From contig DUFS01000017.1 of assembly GCA_013331805.1 (NCBI GenBank), forward strand, positions 22,909 through 34,497: 11,589 nt of DNA, given 5' to 3'. Source of the DNA: Candidatus Micrarchaeota archaeon (GTDB lineage Archaea > Micrarchaeota > Micrarchaeia > Anstonellales > Anstonellaceae). Both the position numbers and the translations under genes were made by a program. Below the pieces are notes generated by a model that worked only from the letters and a program-made list of their open reading frames with translations, did no database searches and was not told the DNA's origin. Below, one piece after another: positions 1 through 7,293 of this stretch. Numbering within the stretch: position 1 is the stretch's first letter; the number at the start of each line of letters is the position of its first letter.

Positions 1-321
1 AAGTGCCTTGAAATACTGAAAAACTTCAATCTGGATTACATGATGCACTGCTTTTCAGGAAAAAGCGAAACCGCGCTCGCGGCAGTTGCGCACAAAGGAG
101 TGGTTTCCATTCCTCCGCTCCGAAGCAAGGAAAGGAAAGCATTCATCCGCGACCTTCCCATAGAAAAACTCCTGGCAGAGTCGGACGCCCCGTACATAGG
201 GAAAACTCCGCAGGACTCCATGGAATCAATAAAAATGATTGCTGAAATAAAGGAGCTGCCGCAGGAAAGCGTGTCCAGGCAGACTCTCCTGAACACCATT
301 GAGTTTTTCAGGCTGAAATAA
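1..321 (+). CDS. tatD: TatD family deoxyribonuclease/amidohydrolase, C-terminal part (5'-truncated by window edge)
   Basis: Frame is open from base 1 (KCLEILKNFNLDYMMHCFSG...). It contains the TatD motifs HCFSG and LLAESDAPY (ETDAPY-like) and the typical ending 'IAEIKELPQESVSRQTLLNTIEFF'. TAA at 319-321. Confidence 0.88.
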   Translation, partial: KCLEILKNFNLDYMMHCFSGKSETALAAVAHKGVVSIPPLRSKERKAFIRDLPIEKLLAESDAPYIGKTPQDSMESIKMIAEIKELPQESVSRQTLLNTIEFFRLK

Positions 322-334
322 AAGGTGGTTATTA

Positions 335-790
335 GTGTTCGAAAGATTCAGGTCGCTTCTCAAGAAAAAACAGCCTGCAAAAAACATAGCGCTTTTCGTG
401 GACGGGCCAAACGTCATCCGCAAGGATGTGCGCCTTGATCTTGTGCAGGTGAGGAAGGCGCTTGAAAAGCACGGCACCATCAAGGTATCGAAAATTTTCC
501 TGGACCAGTACGCCTCGGACAAGCTGATTGAGGCAATGACCAACCAGGGTTTCGAGCCAGTCATAACCACCGGCGATGTGGACGTGACCATGGCTGTTGC
601 TGCAATGGTTCAGGTGCACAACCCCCACATCCAGACGATCGCGCTCATGACGCGAGACATCGACTTTAGGCCAGTCCTTGTGAAGGCAAAGGAATTGGGC
701 AAGGAAACTATTGTCATAGGCTCTGACCCGGGCTTTTCCGTCGCGCTCAAGAACACTGCTGATATCGTCATAATGGCGGAGCAGCGCTAA
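335..790 (+). CDS. NYN domain (LabA/DUF88, TIGR00288-like) PIN-fold putative ribonuclease
   Basis: Motifs IALFVDGPNV, GDVDVTMAV and LMTRDIDFRPVL...G.ETIVIG...S.ALKNTAD. GTG start preceded by SD-like GGTGG (324-328). Lies 13 nt after the tatD stop, so probably co-transcribed. Confidence 0.88.
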   Translation: MFERFRSLLKKKQPAKNIALFVDGPNVIRKDVRLDLVQVRKALEKHGTIKVSKIFLDQYASDKLIEAMTNQGFEPVITTGDVDVTMAVAAMVQVHNPHIQTIALMTRDIDFRPVLVKAKELGKETIVIGSDPGFSVALKNTADIVIMAEQR

Positions 791-1252
791 TCATTTTTCT
801 TCCAGCCATCCGAGCACTTCGGAATTGTGCCCTTCGGGCTTCACTTTCTGGAACACCTTTTCGATCTTTCCTGTTTTGCCGATGATGAACGTTGTGCGCA
901 GTATCCCTTCGAATTTTCTGCCCATGAAATGCTTTTCACCCCAGGCGCCGTACTTTTTCGCAACCGCAGCGCCCTCATCAGCAAGGAGCATGAAAGGAAG
1001 CTTGTATTTTGAGGTGAATGCAGCGTGCGAGGCAGAATTGTCAGGCGAAATGCCCAGAATAACGGCGCCCCTTTTCTCAAAATCGCCTTCCATGTCCCTA
1101 AAGCCGCACGCCTCAACAGTGCAGCCTGGCGTGTCGTCCTTGGGGTAGAAGTAGAGCACTACTCTCTTGCCTTTCAAATCGCCCAGTTTCACTATATTGC
1201 CTTCGGAATCAGGAAGCGAAAAGTCTGGAGCCTTTTTCCCTGCTTCAAGCAT
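791..1252 (-). CDS. bcp: Peroxiredoxin BCP/PrxQ (thioredoxin-dependent thiol peroxidase), CxxxxC type
   Basis: APDFSL, LYFYPKDDTPGCTVEAC (peroxidatic and resolving Cys), GISPD, RTTFIIG and VKPEGH motifs. SD-like AGGGGTG upstream on the minus strand. Confidence 0.95.
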   Translation of the reverse strand: MLEAGKKAPDFSLPDSEGNIVKLGDLKGKRVVLYFYPKDDTPGCTVEACGFRDMEGDFEKRGAVILGISPDNSASHAAFTSKYKLPFMLLADEGAAVAKKYGAWGEKHFMGRKFEGILRTTFIIGKTGKIEKVFQKVKPEGHNSEVLGWLEEK

Positions 1253-1270
1253 ATTGACACCCCTTTGCAG

Positions 1271-2977
1271 CTAACAGGAGAAGATGAACACCAAACCGTT
1301 TTCTTCCTTTTTGTCCAAGCGGGCGTAGCCGAATCGCTCGAACTGCACGCAGGCGCCATCTGTTAGTTCCAGGCAGGACTGCTCGCAAACCCCGATTTCA
1401 ATGACCATGCTGTCCTGCACAAAATTCCCATCCTCATCCAACAAGTCCTTGGGTACCATCACCTTGCAGGAAACCGCAGACTCAACAGGCACCCACTGAA
1501 TTTTCTTTGCTGCCAATCCTTCCTGCCCTTCGAAATTGAACTTCATGTTTCCGTCCTCCCGCTCAACAAGCGTGAGGTTGTACAGGTCCTTGAGTCTGAA
1601 TGTCTCGCCAATGGGAATGGACTCCAGGTCAGATGCGCCAACAAAGAAGCTTCCGCTGGTGGCAATTCTCCTTTCGCCCATTTCCTGCTTTCCAGGATGG
1701 TTTTTCAGCACAGCCTCCTTTTGCGGCGCGCCATGCACCTCAATTTTCACAGGGTTTTTCACAAAGAACCTGCGCATGCTGCGCTCGTCAAGGATTTTCC
1801 TGTTGCAGGAAAGAAGCGAATCCCAGCCAGGCTCGGACTCGACTTTTGAAAGCCCGAACGAAAGCACGAACTCGCGCACTGCCTCGGGAAGGATCCCGCG
1901 CCTTTTGAGCGCCAGGAGTGTGGGGAGGCGGGGGTCGTCCCAGCCCTGCACCTTGCCCTGCGAAATCAGCGGGGCAATCAGCCTTTTTGAAATCGGAGCC
2001 CCCTTTATCGCAAGCCGTGAAAACTCAATCAGCCTGGGCGCGCGAAGATCAAGGGACTTGAGGATTGCAAAATAAAGCGGGTTTCGCAGCTCGTACTCCT
2101 TTGTCCTCATTGCATGCGTCACTCCTTCCAGAGAATCCATGATGGGCGCCACGAAATCATACGAGGGCCATGCCTTGTATTTCTCGCCTTGCCGGTAATG
2201 GGGCGCCTTGATAATCCTGAAAAGAGTTGGGTCGCGCATGACGCTGTTCTCATCGCTCATCAGCCCCCTGAAGCGCACGATTGCCTCCCCCTCCTCTATT
2301 TTCCCTTCGCGCATCTTCCTGAATAGCGCCATGTTCTCCTCCGCGTCGCGAGCCGAGCAGTCGCAGGACTTTTTCGCCTCCCTGCCTTTTTTCACTTCCT
2401 CCCCCGAGCAGGTGCAGACATAAGCTGAAAACTTCACGAACAATTCGTCAGCTGAGGTGTAGAACTCCTCCATCCGGTCAGATGTATAAGATTCCTCCGA
2501 CCAGTCAATGCCAAGCCAGAGCAGGCCCTCCTTTAGTGCATCCACATACTCCTGCTTTTCCTTCTCAGGATTGGTGTCGTCAAAGCGAAGAAGCATCTTT
2601 CCGCCGTACCTTCTGGCGGCTTCAAAGTCCAGCCAAGCCGCTTTGGCATGCCCAATGTGCGGATATCCTGAAGGCTCTGGCGGGAATCGCGTAACCACCC
2701 TGCCCTGAACCGCGCCGGGAAGCTCGATTTCCTTCTTTTCCTCCTTTTTCTCCTTGAAAATGAATTCCTTGAGCTCCTCAGCCATTTGCGCGACTGAAAG
2801 GGCGTTCACCCTTTTCGCCTCCTCGTTGAGAAGCTTCATCGTGCCCTTCATGTCGTTTTTCGAGTCCGGCCACTCGCCTATCACCTTGCCGATTATCTTC
2901 CCAGGTATTGCGAGCTTGTAGTCGTGCGCGTTCTTGAGGGTGTGCTTGCGGATGGTTTCCTCGAGGCTGATTGCCAT
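1271..2977 (-). CDS. gltX: Glutamate--tRNA ligase (archaeal/eukaryal type, probably non-discriminating), 568 aa
   Basis: [17 protein letters not shown] (HIGH motif), [10 protein letters not shown], CxC..CxC zinc insert (VCTC...SCDC), SKR (KMSKS equivalent), [10 protein letters not shown], C-terminal QFERFGY anticodon-binding domain, and an archaeal N-terminal helical extension. Confidence 0.96.
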   Translation of the reverse strand: [568 protein letters not shown]

Positions 2978-3028
2978 GGGGGAATTTCGGAAAGAAGGGT
3001 TAATAGTCTAACGCCGTATTAGGTAGCC
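2978..3028. promoter_or_regulatory. 51-bp divergent promoter region with central TATA-like TTAATA/TATTAA (3000-3005)
   Basis: TTAATA is 23 nt before ATG 3029 (+) and 22 nt before ATG 2977 (-). Purine-rich AAAGAAGGG (BRE-like) lies immediately upstream on +. Confidence 0.55.
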
Positions 3029-3802
3029 ATGCCTGAGGAACCGGCTGCATACCCTGAGCTTGACCGCAGGTGGAACTCCGCCTGCAGGATTCTTCTGGGC
3101 AGGGAGCTTGGCGGGCTTGACGATTTTGCGCCCTATCTTTCCAGGTATGTGGAGCCTCTTTTCGAGAAAGCCTCCTTCCTTTCCGGCAAAAAAGCCTTAG
3201 TGTCCCTCCCAAACTTCTCCAGGAAAGCAGTCTTCATCAGCAACGACGAGCAGGAGCTCTACGCAAAGCGCACCTCGCACCAGCCCCTATCCATAAACGA
3301 AGTCAAGGACATGGACTCCATCATCTCCGCAGTTTCAGAGCGCATTGCCTACAGCGGCAACATAATAACCGGCAACAGCAGATTCGTCGAGCAGTCCAGC
3401 AGCATAGTGGATTCAGCCTACGTCTACCGCTCTTCTGACTACTATGGCGCCAGCTACGTGGCATATTCAAGCAACGGGAGGTTCGACCAGTACGTTTTCG
3501 GCTGCAACTGGACCGGGGAGTCGAAATTCATCATCTCCTCGCACGACACCTACAAGCTCACGCGGTGCTTCGAAACGCTGCGCTGCTTCACGTCCTCAGA
3601 CTGCTATTACTCCGCAAACCTCGAGGACTGCGCGGACTGCCTCTTCTCCTTCAACCAGAGGAGCAGGCGCAACCTGATTGGCAACCTGGCATTGCCAAAG
3701 GACGAGTACTCGTCGCTCAAGTCAAAGCTTGTTTCCGAGATGGCTGAGTCGATGCAAAGGAAAAAGTCCGTGAAATCGATAATCGAGATAATAAGGGATT
3801 AG
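3029..3802 (+). CDS. Uncharacterised Cys/Ser/aromatic-rich repeat (probable beta-solenoid) protein, paralog A, 257 aa
   Basis: Short periodic repeats (TRCFETLRCFTSSDCYYSANLEDCADCLFSFN) followed by a 'RRNLIGNLALPKDEY' cap. Clearly homologous to 3804-4577. Has 7 Cys and GC-rich third codon positions. Confidence 0.8.
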   Translation: MPEEPAAYPELDRRWNSACRILLGRELGGLDDFAPYLSRYVEPLFEKASFLSGKKALVSLPNFSRKAVFISNDEQELYAKRTSHQPLSINEVKDMDSIISAVSERIAYSGNIITGNSRFVEQSSSIVDSAYVYRSSDYYGASYVAYSSNGRFDQYVFGCNWTGESKFIISSHDTYKLTRCFETLRCFTSSDCYYSANLEDCADCLFSFNQRSRRNLIGNLALPKDEYSSLKSKLVSEMAESMQRKKSVKSIIEIIRD

Positions 3803-3803
3803 G

Positions 3804-4577
3804 ATGGCGTACCCCGCAATCGAGAAGGCCTTTTCCTCCCTCGCCAAGGTACTGCTCGGGCGCGAGCTTTCGGACCTGGATTCCTACGCCGAGTGGCTTT
3901 CTCGCGACGTGCGCATGCTCACCCCCCAGAAGTCGGCATTGAGCGGAAAAACAGTCTACCTGTCCTTCTTCTCCTTTTTCCAAGAGACCAGGGGGCGGGT
4001 GATAAAACTGGACGAGGGCGAGGAACTCGGAAAGAAGTCGCTCTCATTGGAAAGTGCGCGCGGGCTTTCCCTCTCGAACGCCGCGGAAATGCTGCGCGAA
4101 ATAAAACTTTATGCCGCAGAGTCCGTGGTTGGGGAAAACATCGAGGTCGAGGAGGTCGGGCAGCACGGCTACTCGAGCTTCTGCTACCGCGGCGACGCGT
4201 TCGTATACTCCAAATACTGCGCATACTCTTTCTGGCCCAGGAGCGGAGAGTACATTTTCGGTTCTGACTTCGTTTTTTCCTCCAAGTTCTGCCTCAAGTG
4301 CTACAGCTCGGTGAACATCACCCGCTGCTTCGAGGTGAGCCACTCGGTCAACTGCTCGGACTGCTACTTCTGCCACAACTGCGAGAACGTGCACGACTCC
4401 ATGTTCTGCTTCAATTCCAAAAACCTGCGCCATGCCGTAGGGAACAGGGAGCTGCCGCGCGAGGAGTACCTGGAAATCAAGGAGCGGATGCTGAGCCAAG
4501 TCTACGGCATGCTGCAAAAGGAAAAGGGCATTCCATATGGCATATTCAACCTTTCAGAATGGAAAAAGAACGAATAG
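3804..4577 (+). CDS. Uncharacterised Cys/Ser/aromatic-rich repeat (probable beta-solenoid) protein, paralog B, 257 aa
   Basis: FCLKCYSSVNITRCFEVSHSVNCSDCYFCHNCENVHDSMFCFNSKNLRHAVGNRELPREEY, 10 Cys. Starts 1 nt after the paralog A stop (TAG G ATG). Confidence 0.82.
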   Translation: MAYPAIEKAFSSLAKVLLGRELSDLDSYAEWLSRDVRMLTPQKSALSGKTVYLSFFSFFQETRGRVIKLDEGEELGKKSLSLESARGLSLSNAAEMLREIKLYAAESVVGENIEVEEVGQHGYSSFCYRGDAFVYSKYCAYSFWPRSGEYIFGSDFVFSSKFCLKCYSSVNITRCFEVSHSVNCSDCYFCHNCENVHDSMFCFNSKNLRHAVGNRELPREEYLEIKERMLSQVYGMLQKEKGIPYGIFNLSEWKKNE

Positions 4578-4579
4578 CC

Positions 4580-5629
4580 CTACCTTCTTGCGTATTTTGA
4601 GGGGTCGATCCCCAGCCGCTCCATCCCCTCGGCAGTCCTTCCCGTAATGACAAGCGCAGCCTTTTTCAACTGCGCAATGTTCTTCGAGCCTGAAAGGAGC
4701 ATTGCGATTTTCAATGAGTCTTTCCATTCGGCTGCTTCCTTTTTTGGGTCAGCCGCTCGCAGGAAGGGAAGCGCCGCGCCTGCAAATGAGGCGCCAAGAG
4801 CAATGGATTTTGCCGCATCCAGCCCGTCACGCAAGCCTCCGCTTGCAATAGTTTCAATCACTCCTGAGCAGTTTGCGATGCACTCGCAGGTCGGGTTGCC
4901 CCAGTCGGAAAATACCGGCTTTTTGCCGCTTCGCAGGTATTCCACCTTGCTCCAGGAGGTGCCCCCTGCCCCGGAAACGTCAATCATTGCTGCGCCCGCT
5001 TTCTTGAGTTGAACAGCTGCCTCTTTGCTGATGCCTGCCCCGGTTTCCTTGACAATGACTGGCAAGCCCAAGTCGCGGGCAAATATTCCAATCTGTGCAA
5101 GTATCCCAGAGAACTTCTTGTCCCCTTCGGGCTGGCAGACCTCCTGCAGGGGATTGAGGTGTATGGCAAGCGCGTCAGCTTCCACGTCATCCAGCATTGA
5201 GCGCACTTTTTTTACGCCGTATTTGGAAAGCTGGCAGCCGCCTATGTTGCCTATGAGCGGAATGGTTGGGGCAGCTTTGCGTACCTTATAGGTGGAAGCA
5301 AGCCCTGGCTTTTCCAGCATTGCCCGCTGAGAGCCCAGGCCCATTGCCAGCCCTTCCGCTTCGGCAGCAGCAGCAAGCTTCAGGTTTATCTTCTCAGCGC
5401 CGGGGTATCCGCCCGTCATGCCCACGATGATGAGGGGAGCGGAAAGCCTTTTGCCAAGAAACATGGCAGAGGCATCCACTCCCTCGAAGTCCATTTCAGG
5501 AAGGCAGTTGTGCACAAAGCGGACGTCGTCAAAGCCCGCCGGCTCGGAATATTCAACCTGCCTTTTCCTCGCTGCCAGGACGTGGTCGGATTTCCTGCTT
5601 TTTATTGTAGTGGAATTCGCTTTGCTCAT
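4580..5629 (-). CDS. fni: Type 2 isopentenyl-diphosphate delta-isomerase (FMN-dependent IDI-2)
   Basis: RKSDHV, GMTGG, GLGSQR, HLNPLQE, KETGAG, DVSGAGGTSWSKVE and IASGGLRDGLD motifs. SD GGAGGCGA at 5643-5636. Confidence 0.96.
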   Translation of the reverse strand: MSKANSTTIKSRKSDHVLAARKRQVEYSEPAGFDDVRFVHNCLPEMDFEGVDASAMFLGKRLSAPLIIVGMTGGYPGAEKINLKLAAAAEAEGLAMGLGSQRAMLEKPGLASTYKVRKAAPTIPLIGNIGGCQLSKYGVKKVRSMLDDVEADALAIHLNPLQEVCQPEGDKKFSGILAQIGIFARDLGLPVIVKETGAGISKEAAVQLKKAGAAMIDVSGAGGTSWSKVEYLRSGKKPVFSDWGNPTCECIANCSGVIETIASGGLRDGLDAAKSIALGASFAGAALPFLRAADPKKEAAEWKDSLKIAMLLSGSKNIAQLKKAALVITGRTAEGMERLGIDPSKYARR

Positions 5630-5724
5630 TCAGCATCGCCTCCAGCGATGTCTGATGCATTTTCGTTCGATGAAAATGCACATCCACTGCTGAAAAAATG
5701 CTTTTTCGATTTTTTCATGCCCAT
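5626..5724 (-). CDS. Putative 30-32 aa upstream ORF (MGMKKSKKHFFSSGCAFSSNENASDIAGGDAE) whose stop overlaps the fni start (ATGA)
   Basis: Read directly from the minus strand: ATG at 5724 or 5718, and TGA at 5628-5626 overlapping the fni ATG at 5629-5627. No homology recognised, so it may be incidental. Confidence 0.3.
   Translation of the reverse strand: MGMKKSKKHFFSSGCAFSSNENASDIAGGDAE
5634..5717. repeat. Three tandem perfect inverted repeats in the fni leader
   Basis: CATCGC(5634-5639)/GCGATG(5645-5650); TGCATTTTC(5656-5664)/GAAAATGCA(5672-5680); TGAAAAAAT(5691-5699)/ATTTTTTCA(5709-5717). Confidence 0.7.
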
Positions 5725-5755
5725 ATCAATACCGCATTCGCTTTGGAAAACACTG

Positions 5756-5763
5756 TTTTTAAA
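5756..5763. promoter_or_regulatory. TATA-like TTTTTAAA between divergent fni and 5786-6421
   Basis: TTTAAA (5758-5763) ends 22 nt before ATG 5786. The core is palindromic and could also serve the minus strand. Confidence 0.5.
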
Positions 5764-5785
5764 CTCCATCGGAGAATAGGGTGGC

Positions 5786-6421
5786 ATGGAAAGGCTTGGC
5801 GCCATTGCTTTCCTGCGCGACAGGGTGATCTACCTCACCGTGCTCATGCTGCTTCTGCTGCTCATTATTGTCGTGTACGTGTTCCATGCCGGGATGATGG
5901 ACGTGGAATCGGCAAAGGTTTATCTCCAGGCTCTGACCGCAATTGCCACGCTTGCCCTTCTCTACTACGCCTATTTCAACGTGGCTTCCAGGCGCGAGGA
6001 GGATGTGGCGCACCTGGAGCTTGCCATGCGGCCCATTTTCATATGGGAGCTCGAGGCGAAAAACTCGGGCGCACAGCTGGCCTATAAGACGATAAAGCAC
6101 CCGCTTTATGACTTCAAGGCAGTGCTTGAGCTTGGCGGCAAGGAAATGGCAATCGGGGAGAGGCACCTGGATGTGTCGGACTCAAATCCCTCGGCTGTCC
6201 GCTCGGCTGACGTTTCGCAGTTCATCTCGCGAGGGCTTGACAGAAGCAAGTCTGCGCTTCTCAACCTCTATTTCTCGTATCATTCCGAAGTGGGCGGAAG
6301 GTACGAGTTCTCGTTTACCAAGGAAGTGGTGAAAAAGGAAAAGGGCTTCCTGTTCCAGCACAGAAGGATAGTGTCCGCAAAATACCCGTGGAGAAAGGAA
6401 GCAGTGAAGTTCGAGGACTAA
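5786..6421 (+). CDS. Hypothetical membrane protein: two N-terminal TM helices plus a beta-rich soluble C-terminal domain, 211 aa
   Basis: Hydrophobic segments VIYLTVLMLLLLLIIVVYVF and LQALTAIATLALLYYAYF. SD-like AGGGTGG precedes the ATG. Its stop overlaps the amrB stop by 4 nt. Confidence 0.8.
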   Translation: MERLGAIAFLRDRVIYLTVLMLLLLLIIVVYVFHAGMMDVESAKVYLQALTAIATLALLYYAYFNVASRREEDVAHLELAMRPIFIWELEAKNSGAQLAYKTIKHPLYDFKAVLELGGKEMAIGERHLDVSDSNPSAVRSADVSQFISRGLDRSKSALLNLYFSYHSEVGGRYEFSFTKEVVKKEKGFLFQHRRIVSAKYPWRKEAVKFED

Positions 6422-7242
6422 TTTTTCGATATGGCAAACGAGGCATAGGCAACCACGCTGGAATAATCCCCGGTCGCCTCGCCGGAATTGGTGTATTTTA
6501 GAAGCTCGCACCTTTTCGCTCCCGAGTGCCTTGCGTAGTTGACCGCGGTTGCTATCGGGCTGTGCCCGCAGATGGAAAAGCCGTTAGCCTTGACTATCCG
6601 CTCAAAGCCAGGCTCATCAAGCAAAAGCAGCCTTTCAATCGCCTTTTCGTCCTTCCTCTTCGCCTCCTCGGCTGGCTCATAATGCGTGAAGTCCGAGGAT
6701 GCGATTACAATTGCGTTCCGCTTCAGCTTCTGCACAGCATCGAATATCGCCTTGCCAAGGTCCCGCGCTGCCTCAAGCTCCTGAAAGCCCATGCATATGC
6801 CGACAAACCTCGCATTCGGGCAGGCCTCCTGCAGGAAGGGCAGCTGCACTTCAACCGAATGCTCGCGCAGGTGCGCAAGCTCGTCCCGCTGCGCGAGTTT
6901 TCCCGCCTTCACTATGGCGTCCGCAAGATCCGCATCCGCCCTCACCACGCCTATGGGCGTCTGCCAGTCGTCAAAGGAAACCGAGATCGGGGTTCCAAGG
7001 CCAGTGTGGTTCGGGCCGATGATTACCGCAGTAAGATCGCGTTTCCCCCAGTTGCTGCAGGAGGCGTATGAGTATGCCGCGCACCTGCCGGAGTACATGT
7101 AGCCCGCGTGGGGGCAGACTATCGCAAGGCGCTCTTGCTGAGCCACCTGTTTTTTCGCATCAGTCAGGTATTGGCGCACCTCTGCGCGAAGCTGGGTCAT
7201 TGAGGAAGTGTAAAACGACCCAGAAACGGCAGGATGCCTCAT
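6418..7242 (-). CDS. amrB: AmmeMemoRadiSam system protein B (MEMO1 family, dioxygenase-like fold), 274 aa
   Basis: Start revised to 7242 (MRHPAVSGSFY, the typical family N-terminus). Motifs PHAGYMYSG, GPNHTG, EHSVEVQLPFLQ, IASSDFTHY, SICG and YTNSG...SVVAYAS. Confidence 0.93.
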   Translation of the reverse strand: MRHPAVSGSFYTSSMTQLRAEVRQYLTDAKKQVAQQERLAIVCPHAGYMYSGRCAAYSYASCSNWGKRDLTAVIIGPNHTGLGTPISVSFDDWQTPIGVVRADADLADAIVKAGKLAQRDELAHLREHSVEVQLPFLQEACPNARFVGICMGFQELEAARDLGKAIFDAVQKLKRNAIVIASSDFTHYEPAEEAKRKDEKAIERLLLLDEPGFERIVKANGFSICGHSPIATAVNYARHSGAKRCELLKYTNSGEATGDYSSVVAYASFAISKN

Positions 7243-7293
7243 GTTCCCATTTCCAGCGCTACCTTTATAATATTCAGACCCCTGAGGAGAACC
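7243..7293. promoter_or_regulatory. 51-bp divergent promoter region with central TTTATAATAT (7264-7273)
   Basis: TTTATAA (7264-7270) is 23 nt before ATG 7294 (+). Its complement TTATAAA is 21 nt before ATG 7242 (-). GAGGAG at 7284-7289. Confidence 0.6.

Noticed and set aside
3800..3806. TAG readthrough (pyrrolysine) or a frameshifted pseudogene fusing the two Cys-rich ORFs
   Set aside because: The second ORF is in a different frame, has its own ATG, and is a complete equal-length paralog. This fits translational coupling of two intact genes better.
6418..7242. Complete AmmeMemoRadiSam system
   Set aside because: Only amrB is present. No AMMECR1 (amrA) or radical SAM (amrS) gene is in the window.
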